Shown here one piece after another: positions 12,228 to 24,204 of a stretch of 64,000 nt of DNA. The notes under the pieces were generated by a model. It was not told the origin of the DNA, did not search any database, and worked only from the letters and a program-made list of their open reading frames with translations. Position 1 is the stretch's first letter; the number at the start of each line of letters is the position of its first letter. Source of the DNA: Glaucostegus cemiculus (lineage: Eukaryota); assembly GCA_976551045.1 (NCBI GenBank), contig CDPCPM010000180.1, forward strand, positions 14,446,001 to 14,510,000, in the 5' to 3' direction. The position numbers and the translations under genes are program-made.

Positions 12228-12289
12228 AATGGGTTTCATCTAATAGCTTTTATAGTGAAGTGGTTGTATGTTGATCAGGGTGGGAAATT

Positions 12290-12770
12290 AAATATTCCAA
12301 GGTACTTGTTTAAAAATTGCAGACAAGATGAAAAATGTGTTTAGGGAGAGGGATTGTGGGCAAAGTGATGGTGGTAAATAAGAATGATTTTAGCACTAAA
12401 TAGAAAGTGGGGATGAGAAAAATCAATTGGTTGGAATAGTTTACAGGCTCCCTAACAGCAGAATTATAATTTGCAGAGAAAACTAATCAATAAATAAGTG
12501 ATTATAACAAAGCTGAGCCAATAATTATAACAGACTTTAATCTTCATACAAAACTGGGAAAATCAAGTTGATGAAAGTAGCCTGGAGGATCAGTTTGTTG
12601 TTCATTTGAAGCAGTTTTCTGAATAAGATGTCTTAGGGCCAAGTAGGGAACAGGCTCCCGTAGATCTGACCTTGTATAATGAAACAGGATCAATTAGTAA
12701 TCATCAAGGGATTAGTTAGGGATCTTCTGTGGAAATCTTGTTTCCAGCTTGAGTTACATTAGTCAAAAAC
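12290..12770 (+). mobile_element. Old CR1 endonuclease-domain fragment
   Basis: Degenerate codons for VYRxPN, DFNLH and PSREQA.xDL motifs. Confidence 0.55.
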
Positions 12771-12797
12771 AAAGAGTCTCAAACTTAACTCGTGTGT

Positions 12798-13960
12798 CAA
12801 GTGACCATAACTCCTTGACATTTACCATAGCCTTGGAGAGGGATAGGATCAGATGATATGGGAAAGTATTTAATTGGGGGAGGTGAATTATGATGCTATT
12901 AGGCAGGAACTTGAGAGTGTAAATTGGGAACAGATATTCTTGGGGAAGTGCGCAACGGAAATGTGGAGGTTGTTTCGGAAGTACTCGCTGGGGTTCTGGA
13001 TAGGTTTGTCCCATTGGAGCAGGGTAAGGCTGGTAGAGTGAAGAAACCATGGTTGACAAGAGACGTAGAATATTTTGTCAAGAGGAAGAAAGACGCTTAC
13101 CTAAGGTTTAGGAAGCAAGGATCAGATAGGGCTCTGGAGAGTTACAAGGTAGCCAGGAGGGAGCTTATGAATGGACTTAGGAGAGCTAGAAGGGGCATGA
13201 GAAGGCCTTGGCAAATAGGATTAAGGAAAGCCCCAAGGCGTTCTACATGTATGTGAAGAATAGGAGGATGTCTAGAGTGAGGGTAGGACCGATTAGGGAT
13301 AAAAGAGGAAAGTTCCTGGAGTTGGAAGAGATAGGGGAGGTCCTCAATGAATCCTGGAGTTGGAAGAGATAGGGGAGGTCCTCAATGAATACTTTGAGTA
13401 TTCACCAGAGAGACCTTGATGTTTGTGAGGATAATGTACAACAGGCTGATACGCTAGGGCATGTCGTCGTGAGGAAAAAGGATGTGGAAAAATGATGGAA
13501 AAACATTAGGGTAGATAAGTCACCGGGGTTGGATGGGATATATCCAGGGTTATTACAGGAAGCGAGGGAAGAGATGACTGCGCCTTTGGCAATGATCTTC
13601 GCATCCTCACTGGCCACAGGAGTAGTATCAGATAATTGGAGGGTGACAAATGTTGGTCCTTTGTTCAAGAAAGGGAGTAGGGACAATCCTGGGAATTATA
13701 GGCCAGTGAGTCTTATTTCAGTGGTGGGCAAATTACTGGAGAAGATTCTTGGAGACAGGACTTATGTGCATTTGGAGAAGCATAGGCTGATTAGGGACAG
13801 TCAGCATGACTTTGTGAGGGGCAGGCTGTGTGTCACGAGCCTGTTTGAGTTCTTTGAGGATGTGACAAAGCACATTGATGAAGGTCGAGCAGTGAATGTG
13901 TACTTGGATTTTAGTAAGGCATTTGATAAGGTTCCTCATAGAAGACACATTCAGAAAGTC
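12798..13960 (+). mobile_element. CR1 LINE ORF2 internal fragment (EN-RT linker to RT start)
   Basis: KPWLTRDV, DGIYPGLLQE, NPGNYRPVSLISVVGK and YLDFSKAFDKVPH (ORFs 12924-13256, 13529-14095). Confidence 0.92.
13314..13389 (+). repeat. Perfect 38-bp tandem duplication inside CR1
   Basis: TCCTGGAGTTGGAAGAGATAGGGGAGGTCCTCAATGAA at 13314-13351 and 13352-13389. Confidence 0.9.
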
Positions 13961-14527
13961 AGTATCACGAGACAAGGAAGCAGAAGTTGGCCATTCGGCC
14001 CATCAAGTCTGCTCCACAGAAAAGGGGAAAAAGAAATGAGAAATAGGAGGGGGGTGCAGAGTCTGCTTCATGAGAGGGGGAAAAAACTATCCTAACCCCA
14101 ATTTCTGGCCTTATTCCCATATCTCTTGATACCTTGACTAATTACATTATCTATCTCCTTAAATGCCTCCAATGATCTGGCCTCCACTGCTGTATGTGGC
14201 AAGGAATTCCATACATTCACTACCCTCTGGCTGAAGAAATTTCTCCTCATCTCTGTTTTAAGCCTGTACCCTCTTATTCTAAGATTGTGCCCTCTGGTCC
14301 TGGACTCACCCACCAAGGTAAACAGCTTAACCACATCTACTCTGTCCAGTCCTTTCAACATTCTAAATGTTTCTATGAGGTCCCCTCTCATTCTTCTGTA
14401 CTCCAGTGAGTACAGTCCAAGAGCCTACAAATGCTCATCAAATGTAAGCCCTTTCATTCCAGGAATCATCCTCATAAATCTCCTCTCAACCCTCTCCAAC
14501 ATCAGCACATCCTTCCTAAGGTATGGG
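13961..14527 (-). mobile_element. CR1 LINE 3' end
   Basis: ORF 14092-14391 MRGDLIETF..RTRGHNL..RNFFSQRVVNVWNSLP; 3' UTR hairpin motif GGCCATTCGGCCCATC. Confidence 0.9.
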
Positions 14528-14529
14528 TC

Positions 14530-15110
14530 TGTAATTACAGACCGGTGAGTCTCACGTCTGTGGTGGGTAAACTGTTATAAAGGATTCTAAGGGATAGGAT
14601 CTATGAACACCTAGAGAATCACGGACTGATTAGGGACAGCCAGCATGGCTTTGTGAAGGGAAGATCTTGCCTCACGAGCCTGGTAGAGTTCTTTGAGGAG
14701 GTGACGAGGAAGATTGATGAGGGCAGTGTGGTGGATGTGGTCTACATGGATTTTAGTAAGGCGTTTGATAAGGTTCCTCATGGTAGACTTCTTCAGAAGG
14801 TCAGAAGTTGAGGGATTCAGGGAAGATTGGCTGTGTGGATCAGGAATTGGCTTGCCTACAGAAAGCAGAGGGTTGTGGTGGAGGGAGTACCCTCGGATCG
14901 GAGGGCTGTGACTAATGGTGTCCCGCAAGGATCTGTTCTGGGACCTCTACTTCTTGTTATATTTATAGATGACTTATACGAGGGGGTGGAAGACTGGGTT
15001 AGTAAGTTTGCCGATGACACTTAGATTGTTGGTGTGGTGGATAGTGTGGAGGGATGTTGGGGTTTACAGAGGGATATTGATAGGATGCAGAGCTGGGCGG
15101 ACAAGTGGTT
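14530..15110 (+). mobile_element. CR1 RT core fragment
   Basis: [35 protein letters not shown] and SKFADDT. Confidence 0.9.
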
Positions 15111-15119
15111 TCCTTTGTT

Positions 15120-16097
15120 CCACTGAAATATCGATACACCAGTCATCAGCTTCTCCTTCTCAGATTTGAAATTGACTCAATAATATTGTGATTACTAGTT
15201 CCTAATGGTTCCTTTACCTTTAGTTCCCTAATCACCTCCAGTTCGTTACACAGCACCCAATCCAAAATAGTCGATCCCTTGGTGGGCTCATCAACAAGTT
15301 GCTCCAGAAAGCCATCCCGTAGATATTCCACAAACTCACTCTCCTGAGATCTACTGCCTTGCTGGATTTCCCAGTCCACCTTCATGTTAAAATCCCCCCA
15401 TAATTATCTTAACGTTGTCAGTCTGACACGCTTTTTCTATTTCTAACTGCAACTTATAGTCCACTTCCTCACTGCTATTAGGGGGCCTATATATAACTGC
15501 TACTACTGTCCTTTTCCCTTTGCTATTTCTTAGTTCCACCCATAAGGATTCCACCTCTTCTGACCCAATGTCCTTCCTATCTATTGATTTTATATCATTA
15601 CTAATCATCATGGCCACACCACCTCCTCTGCCTACCCCCCTATCCTTTCTATACACTGTGTACCTCTGGACATTTAGTTCCCAATCACATCCGTCATAAA
15701 GCCATGACTTGGTGATTACCACAATGTCATATTTATTAATCTGTAGTTGTGCCACTAGGTCATCTACTTTATTCCTAATGCTACGTGTATTTAAATATAG
15801 TACATTTAGTCCAGTAGCTGCTACTGATTTTGTTGTACTTGTATTGTTCAGCAAATTGTCCTGACTTTTCACCTGCCTGTCCTTCTTACCATCCTCACTG
15901 CACACTATCATCGACTTGTTTCTGTATACCTTATCCTCTATCCTAACATCCTGGTTTGTTGTACTTCTATTGTTCAGCAATTTGTCTAGACTTTTCACTT
16001 GCCTGTCTTTCTTGCCATCCTCATTGCACACTGTCTTGGACCTGTTTCTATAAACCTCTTCCCTTACCCTATCAGCTTATAACCTAACATCCTGGTT
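15120..16097 (-). mobile_element. CR1 ORF2 N-terminus (AP-like endonuclease) with upstream tandem repeat
   Basis: LYLNTRSIRNK, RKDR..RGGGVA, IYRPPNS, IIMGGF and ILDWVLCN (ORFs 15387-16031, 15146-15385). Confidence 0.9.
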
Positions 16098-16520
16098 TCA
16101 AGGATATGGATGAATGTGGACTTTTCTCTTTAGAGTGGAGGATGATGAGAGATGACTTCATAGAGGTGTACAAGATGATAAAAGGCGTAGATCGAGTGGA
16201 CAGTGAGAGACTTTTTCCCAGGGTGACAGTGGCTAACATGAGGGGGCATAATTTTAAGGTGATTGGAAGAAGGTATGGGGGGATGTCAGAGGTAAGTATT
16301 TTACACAGAGTGGTGGGTGCTTGGAACACACTGCCGGCAGAGGTGGTGGAGGCAGATACATTAAGGACATTTAGGAAACTCTTAGATAACCACATGAATG
16401 ATAGAAACATGGAGGGCTATGTGGGAGGGAAGGGTTAAATAGATATTAGAACACAATAAAATGTCGGCACAACATCATCAGCCTAAGGGTCTGTACTCTG
16501 CTGTAATGTTCTGTGTTCTT
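16098..16520 (+). mobile_element. CR1 LINE 3' end
   Basis: GLFSLEWRMMRDDFIEVYKM..RGHNFKV..WNTLP; tail CTGTACTCTGCTGTAATGTTCTGTGTTC. Confidence 0.9.
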
Positions 16521-16569
16521 TTGAATAAAGCCAATTATGTCTGGATGAGGAGTGCATTGGTTAATTACA

Positions 16570-16905
16570 TTACATAAGAAATAGAAACAGGAGTAGATCA
16601 TTTGGCTCCTTGAGTCTCCTCTGCCATTCATCAGGATCATGGCTGATCTTCAATCTCAGCTCCATTTTCCAGGACTATCTTCCTATTCCTTGATTTCCTT
16701 GAGGGCCAGAAGTGCTTTGAATGAGCGCTAACTGAACCTCCTCAGTCTTTAGGTTAGGAAATTCTAAAAGTTCACTATTCCTCTCAGTTCTCCCCCTTAT
16801 TCTGAAGCTCTGCCCTAGATCCTAGACTCCTCAGCCAGTGGAATTAACCCTCCTCCATCTGGTCCATCCAGCCTGTATGAATTTTGTAAGTTTCACTGAG
16901 ATCTG
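16570..16905 (-). mobile_element. Old CR1 3' fragment
   Basis: ACATAAGAAATAGAAACAGGAGTAGATCATTTGGC..GCCATTCATCAGGATCATGGCTGATC, a typical elasmobranch CR1 3' terminus in reverse. Confidence 0.7.
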
Positions 16906-16959
16906 CCAAGTAATAAACAATGTGGCAAACGGGCAGGTGGATGGTAATTTCAGAGCAAT

Positions 16960-18400
16960 GGATAATGTGCTCCAATGTAATTAGGCAGAGTCAGCTTGGC
17001 TTTAATGAAAGGAAGATCATGTTTGACAATTTGTTATCTTTCTGAGGGTTTGGGAGATTTGAAATGGAACATGTGATATGGTGTTACACACAAAATTGTG
17101 CGATGTAAGAGCTTATGTGGTTGGCTAGAGTATTGGTTGAAACACAAAGTGTTATAAGAATTGGCAGTTTCTAGGCCATCAACTATTCATATTTATGTCA
17201 ATAAAGATAGAATTTGAATACATCCAGGCTTGCTGATGAAACAAAGCTTGGTGGTAGAATTAGCTGTGGGAAGGATGCAGAGTTGGAAATGAGAAATAGT
17301 TAAATAGGTGGGGTAGCATAGTGGCATATGGAATTTTTAAAATTTGAGGATATACATAATGGCGGGAACAAAAAAGAGGAATCTTGGTATGCTGGTGCAT
17401 GGGTCCAGCAAGCAGGTTGGAATGTAAAAAGTATGATGGCTCATATTGATCACAGGTTGGAAAGTAAAATTGTCTGTTTGAGATTGAATGGGGTTTGGTG
17501 AGACTTCATTTGGAGTATTTGTGCTATTTTTGTCTCTATATCTAAAAATAATATCTGTACCTTGGGGTCATTGTAACATAGATTTACTAGATTGATTCCT
17601 TGGTTGATTACTATAAGGACAGATCAAGATTCTTGATATTCACTAGGATATATTGGTAGTAAATTACCAGACCAGACATTGAGTCCTGAACAAACAGCCC
17701 AAAGACATGTTCAAAACCCAATCTAGCTGTGGAATTTAAAGTCAGATTAATTTAAGAATCTGAAATTGTAAGAAAAAACAATGCACAGTAATGATAATGC
17801 AGAAAAAAAACATTATAAAACCCATCTGGTTTGCTGATGTCCTTCAAGATAGGACATCTGCAGACCTTGCACAATCTGACCTATGTGCAACACAGACTGA
17901 CAACAAGCCATCTAGATTCTTCGTAACCACTATGTTACTGCAGTGGTTCAAGTAAGTGCTCACTACTACCTTCTTGAAGGCAGCAAGGGGTATTCAGTAG
18001 ATACTTGCCAGCGACACCCACATGCCCAAAAAAAAGAGTTAAATAAAACAGAGTTTAGAATAAAAGGTGATCTAAGGCAAAGATGATTCTCAGAAGGATT
18101 GATATCGTAGATGTTGAGAGACTGTTTCCCCTAAATGGCAAGTCTATAAACTAGGAACTTAGTTTTAGGGTACAAGGTCAACCATTTAGGACTGAGATGA
18201 AACAAAATTTCTTTACCAAAGGATCGTAACTCTTTAGAATTCTCGCAGCAGAGTGTTGTCAGTGACCTGTCAGTGAGTATATTCAAGGCTGAGATTGTGG
18301 ACTGTCTGGGAATCAAACGATATAGCTAAAAGGGGGTGTGGTTAGGATCAACTTAATGGCAAAGCAAGCATGTGCCTGCCTAGTGCTATTGTTATGTTCT
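16960..18400 (+). mobile_element. Old CR1 RT/3' fragment interrupted by a SINE-like insert (~17650-18035)
   Basis: Degenerate QLGF.KGRSCLT, LADETKLGG and 3' motifs. The insert has B-box-like GTTCAAAACCC, AAAACCCATCTGGTTTGCTGATGTCCTTC and tail TTGCCAGCGACACCCACATGCCC-A(n). Confidence 0.6.
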
Positions 18401-21082
18401 CCATGGCCCTGCAATATAGTAGAGCTAAAAATCCAGGCCTATTGTTCAAGGAAAAAATTGGTTTATACATGGTTTATTCCTGAAGATTTGCCATGGTAAT
18501 ATTATGAGTCGGCAGATCTTGAAGCTAGCATATATAGGGATGATGGAGTTGAATATATGTGACACAAAGATGTCAGTTATGGGAAATTCCCAAGAACCAT
18601 CACACACTATTTCCTTGCTTTGATGAGTTTATTTGGTCTGTTTCCAAACATGCTGTTGATGTTTGCTTTGAGTCATTAAATCCTCATTGGTACAGGAAGT
18701 TCTATGTAGATGAAGTTCTTTTGTTCATGCATGATCATCTGTTCTTCAATGGGTGTGGTTTCCTTGCTTGCATTTTGAAGATCACCCACTTTGAGTACAC
18801 TGCTTGCACAATTTATTTAAAACTATTACAGTTATGGCAGCTTTCAGTTGACTGATGAAAAGGTTATCACAAATCCTTGCAAAAAGAAAAGGTGCAGAAA
18901 GTTCCTTGATCAAATTTTAGTGTTCTTAGCTTATCTTGGCTGGGACACTGCAAGTTGCTCACAGTATTCATGACTGGGGCAGAGCAATATTCTCATTGCA
19001 GTTTATTTGGCTTCATTGCTCTCTAATGATATTTTGTGTGGAAGATTTCATGGTTCGATGTGAATTGCAGAAGCATGCTTGAGCTCTGGTTGACTGTTGA
19101 CGCATTGGGGAAGCATTCCTCAACAGAAAGTGGCAAAGGGTTGAATAAAACAATTAAATTTCAGAAGATGATTTTTCACGTTGTTTATATATTCAAAAAG
19201 CATGAATTGGACATGTTATAATCATGAAATTCCTAATGAGCTAATGATTTTCTGTTTCCAAGCTCCTGCTCAGAAATTGTTTGGGGTTGGTTAACTCCAT
19301 GCAAAAGCACAATTTATGACAAATATTAAGAAATCTACAGTTCCATCAAGGTAATACTTATATAGTTTATGCTGCACATGTATTACCTCTCAGAAGCGTG
19401 GAGTTTTCTGTAATTGAAATATCAATTTATTTTTGGTGCATTCTGCAATGTATTTTTTGTATCGTCGGATTTTGAAAGATTTTTTGATTTAGGCTGAGAA
19501 TCTCAACTAGAGCTTTCTTCACAGTTACCTTCCTTGAAGACCAATGTATTCAAAATGAAGTGCATATTGTTATTTATTCACAGATAAGTTGATATCAATT
19601 TGAAATTGTTTTTGTGTGTGAAACATATTTGAGACAGTATTACAAAATGTCCATCAGAATCAGTTTTATTGTCACTACCATATACACATTCAGTACTTTC
19701 AGGTCAAGCTTTTTATCCCTGGATTTGTCCACACACTTTAAATATTTATTTCAAAGTTTTAAAAATGAGAAAAATTGAATCCTTTGAATGGTTTTCCCAT
19801 GGGTTGAAGTATTGTGCTGGAACCTTAAAAGATAAATGTTATCTAACAAAATGTACTGGCCACAGAATTTCCCAATGGTGTTCTGCAAATTATTTATTGA
19901 CAACTGATGCTTTATCAATATTATCCTATAAAATTGAGCTGTCATGCATCACAACATAATGGATATTAATGCAATCAACTTCTGTATTGTTGAGTTTGCA
20001 AATATGGCCAAAACAGAATAAAACGACAGAATACTCTTTGGAGGAATTCCAAAGTCCTGATCGTAACTGAGGTTTAGATGATGCTTGAAAGTAAAAACCC
20101 AGCTATTTGTAGTTACTGACCGTAGAGTAACACGTGATCTTACTTTCCAAATACTCTCAGATGTCCATTATTCCCATCACAGCGATTTTATAACATTACC
20201 TTAGAGCTATACAAGATACTATCTCTTTCTGCTATCTACATAATAAAATGTGTTGAAGATAACTTGTACTTAATGCATTAGTTTAATATCTGCATTTTAG
20301 ATTAAAATAATGTTTTGTATGTTATTTGCCAATATCAATCAAATGATGTTAGCAAATTTCCTATTACAGTTTTAAAGATTAATTGCTTGTCAATATATTT
20401 TGTTACCTATTTTATGGCTATTGCCCATTTCTGATATGTCCAGCCAATTAAAACAGTCCTAATCTAATGTATCAGATGTCTTCAAATTGTAAGATTCATC
20501 ATTGAGTAGTGCTTAGTTTGGCTGACACCATCAAATAAATACTATAATCAGAGAAACTCAGTGAAGGAATGAAAATATTCATTCAAGTGTCATGTTTGAA
20601 TTAAGCAATTTGATGACAAATGGTATTTTTGTTCACTAAATTGATATTTCAGAAGGTATTTCCATTTTCACTGCATGACCTACCTCCCGTATGCCCCTTT
20701 TCAAATAAAAATCATTGTAATCTGACAACTGGCAAATAATTCTAACTTGTTCAGCACTCATGGCTAAGTAAACCCTGAATTTAACTAGTACATTAGTTTG
20801 TCTTGTAGAGTTCATACATTCACAGAAAACATCTTTGTTCTTTTATGTGCTGTCCCAACGGGCCATATTATAAATCTATAACTCAGCTAATAACAGTCTG
20901 ATTTTCAGTTTTACGTAAGAATAAGTCTTCGCCAATCCTGTGAATATTTCTGCAAACAAATATAAGCAGGATTACCATATTCATATTTAGGAAAGGTGCT
21001 CTGTTTCCAAAAAATGGCAATCTGAGTGATATTCAGGCAAAACCATCCTTCATCTCATTATTGTTTTTGTTTCATGTATCAG

Positions 21083-21209
21083 ACTGAGGATCTCATTAAA
21101 TCATTACAAGAGCTGGAAAATGCAGCCTCTGGTGATGCAACTGTCCGTCAGAAGATTGCATCATTGCCACCAGAAGTTCAAGATGTTTCTCTATTAGACA
21201 AAATAACAG
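21083..21209 (+). CDS. RPRD1A: RPRD1A-like coding exon, CREPT/coiled-coil domain start (probable exon 5, 127 bp)
   Basis: Acceptor ttgtttttgtttcatgtatcAG and donor GTAAGC. Encodes TEDLIKSLQELENAASGDATVRQKIASLPPEVQDVSLLDKIT. Confidence 0.95.
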
Positions 21210-21326
21210 GTAAGCAGACAAATTATAAAGAATATATAAGTGCTTGCTTCAAATTCTTTAAATGAATGACCAGTTGTTCAGATTTCTCATGAATATAATG
21301 ATATGTGATTTATGATTCCAATTTAG

Positions 21327-21502
21327 ACAAAGAGTCTGCAGACAGACTTTCAAAAACAGTGGATGAGGCCTGCATGCTCTTGGCAGACTACAATGGCAGA
21401 CTCGCTGCAGAACTGGAAGATCGCAAGCAGTTGGCACGTATGCTGGCTGATTACATCCGTAGTCAAAACGAAATCCTAGCAGAGAAAGAACGTAAACTGG
21501 AA
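21327..21502 (+). CDS. RPRD1A: RPRD1A-like coding exon (probable exon 6, 176 bp)
   Basis: Acceptor tccaatttAG and donor GTGCGT. Encodes DKESADRLSKTVDEACMLLADYNGRLAAELEDRKQLARMLADYIRSQNEILAEKERKLE. Confidence 0.95.
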
Positions 21503-21700
21503 GTGCGTAATTTCTTTTAACTTACTTTTTTTATTTTAAAGCCATCCACATTTTTAGGATGTTGGGGTAAGTACTTAAATATCACTGCCTTTTATTTACC
21601 CTTCATAGTTGACCTTATTAACTATCCATAGCTTCTATTGCAGATGGTGGGCGTGGATATGCCATTCATTGCTGGTCTTCAGTCTCTTGACAGTCTTCTG

Positions 21701-21755
21701 ATTAAAGAAATAAACAAACCACAAATAAACAGTATGTGTTGTGTTCTCATTTTGA
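21701..21755 (+). terminator. Candidate intronic polyadenylation signal cluster
   Basis: ATTAAA (21701), AATAAA (21709) and AATAAA (21724), followed by GT-rich GTATGTGTTGTGTTCTCATTTTG, about 200 nt after the exon 6 donor. Confidence 0.4.
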
Positions 21756-24204
21756 GCAGGATAGCTCAGTACAGACCCCATTGTAATAATACATATTTTT
21801 GAAGTCAAAAGAAAGTTAGAGCCAGGGGAAAATGGACTTTGTAGTTGCAAGGGCCCCTGCTTGAAAAGTTAGGAAAACTTTTACTTGCCCATAAAAGCTT
21901 TACATTGAAAAGGTATCAAATTTAATCTTAATTGTTTCACACAATCTTGTTTTCTCTCAAAATTTCAGATATTCTTCAGTAAGATTGAAAAAATCAATTG
22001 AATATTTAGGAAACAAGCTTGACAGGTATTTTTTCAGCGAGTGCATTGTTTTAGTGTTGGGGCTGCAGCGGTGGGTTGGAACCAAGTCAGATCAATGGCA
22101 CCCAGATGCAGATCGGCAATGGTCCAGTAGATTGGCAGAACAAATTTGAAGAACTAAATGGCTTGCTCTTGACTGCATGTTTTTATTTACTGTTTCTTCC
22201 TTTATTTTTATATAGAAAATATTGTTGTCAGCATTTTCTTAATACAAATAGGAAACCTCAGTGAAGTTTATTGCAGAATTTATTTTTGATTACTGTTGGT
22301 CTTCTGAATCCTGTTCCTGGGTTGTTAATTTGCACTGGCATAGATGGAATAGTCTGAAAATAACTTTTCAGTGTTATTTATCTATGCCAAAAAAGGCCAG
22401 AACTTTCCATTTTTAATGTAACTTGTCTAATGTTAGTCAGGACAGTGACAGGGACCTTTAAACAATCTTGATACCTCTGGGTTAGGCAGGCTACGGTCAG
22501 TCAAATTCCTCTTTCTCATTTACTCTCCACCAACTCCTACACATGGACACCGGGTGAGATCTTAATTGAGATCGGCAGTGATGCTTTTCTACACTCAGCA
22601 AGCCTGTCGACGCCCACCATCCAGGCTCATATGAATAGTGACGATTTGGGTGAGATGCCAGAGGACTGCTAATTGTGGATATTCCAGTAAATGGATCAAT
22701 GCCTAGAGGAAGGAAAATAATGGAAGAGAAAAGTATAAATCTCCATTGAATGGTCTTGTTATACTATTTATATAAGTTCTAGAAAACTATAGTAATGTGA
22801 TATAACGGCATTATTAACTTGAAAATATGGTTGCATGGTGGTAGATAATTGGTTTTCTTCTGAAAGAATTTCTATTAATATCTTAATTCTGTATGTCATG
22901 CAGTTTCTGAAATCTGTTCTTCCCTTGCAGCAATAGAAATGATGCAGCATGAAAAGAGTGTTTTTTTTTAATCTGGGTGCTTTGTGTTACTTTTGCTATT
23001 GCTTTTAAAGCATTAGAACTATTTCCTGTAAATGCACGTTGAGTATTTGTAAGCTCTTGATTGTATAGGAAATCCCTACTGTTTGACATTAAGCTAACAT
23101 GTTGCCTGCCCATTAAATAAGCATTGAAAATCTCACGCATTGTTCAAGAACAGAATCTTCCCAATGCCCTGGCCAACATTTCTCCCTCTTTCAGTACCAC
23201 CAAAATTGATTCTTGGCAATATAGTTTGAAGACTGACCATTTTTCCTCAGAGTAATTCGGTATACATGAAGAAGAGTTTGGAATATCCCAAGTCATTTCC
23301 TGATCTTTTGTTCCATTTGTAATTCTTGAAAACTACCTTCCAGTTTCATAGTGGGAGTAGGCAACTGGTATCTTTTTCTCATGCAGTTGTTTTCAGGTTG
23401 AAGGCAGGATGAAGCATTTTTTTTCTAATGCATATACACACAATAGTACTTAGAGCTAGTTCATTACTACATCCCAGATTAAATTCAAGAAGCAGCTACA
23501 TAGAATGTTTTGTACATACAGTATTCAAAATGTTCATGTATTTTTTTTTGGAAAAAAGGTGGTGAGGTAGCAAAATACATGTTACTGCGAAACAGCAATA
23601 ATTGCTTCTCTAGAAGTTAAAGTCCAGATCTTACAAGCATGGCAGTTTTGATTTTGGAAGTCACCATTTAGCTTCAAACTAATCAAAGTCTATTTGTCAG
23701 GCAAATGTGTTTGCAGATTTATTAACATTGCCAAGAGATGAAAAAAAAATCATATCACTGCAGTACTTCAGTATGAGTAGACAATGAAAGGGAACATTGT
23801 ATATTTCTTGGATTCTGACCTGGATTTGGAAACTTCACATAACAGTGGGTGGTGGAATTATTGCTACTGTAAAGAAGTTCATTAGCTAGCAGGCATATAG
23901 TGGGGATAATTAGCAAAAGAGTATGGGAATTATGAAAAATTATTTATGCAGCATGACATGATCTAGAATGCACTACCATAATGAGTGGTGGGACATTTAT
24001 TTGTACCTTTGACAGAAGATATTTGACAAATGCTGAAGAGATGATTCTGTCAAAGAATTGGCATGAAAGTGAATTGCTGTATTGGTCTGCTGTGTTATAT
24101 TTTAGAAAACAATCATCGGAGAAGAGAGGAAATATTCGGGCAATAATGTAGCCCATGTATTAGTAACCTGATATTTAATTATTAGTATATAATTTTTTTT
24201 TCCA

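Noticed and set aside
13529-14095. 188-aa RT-like ORF as a host gene
   Set aside because: It is a CR1 fragment reading through into an oppositely oriented CR1 tail.
22430-22760. Possible SINE-like repeat or ncRNA
   Set aside because: It looks like a decayed dispersed repeat, but I could not find Pol III boxes or assign a family.
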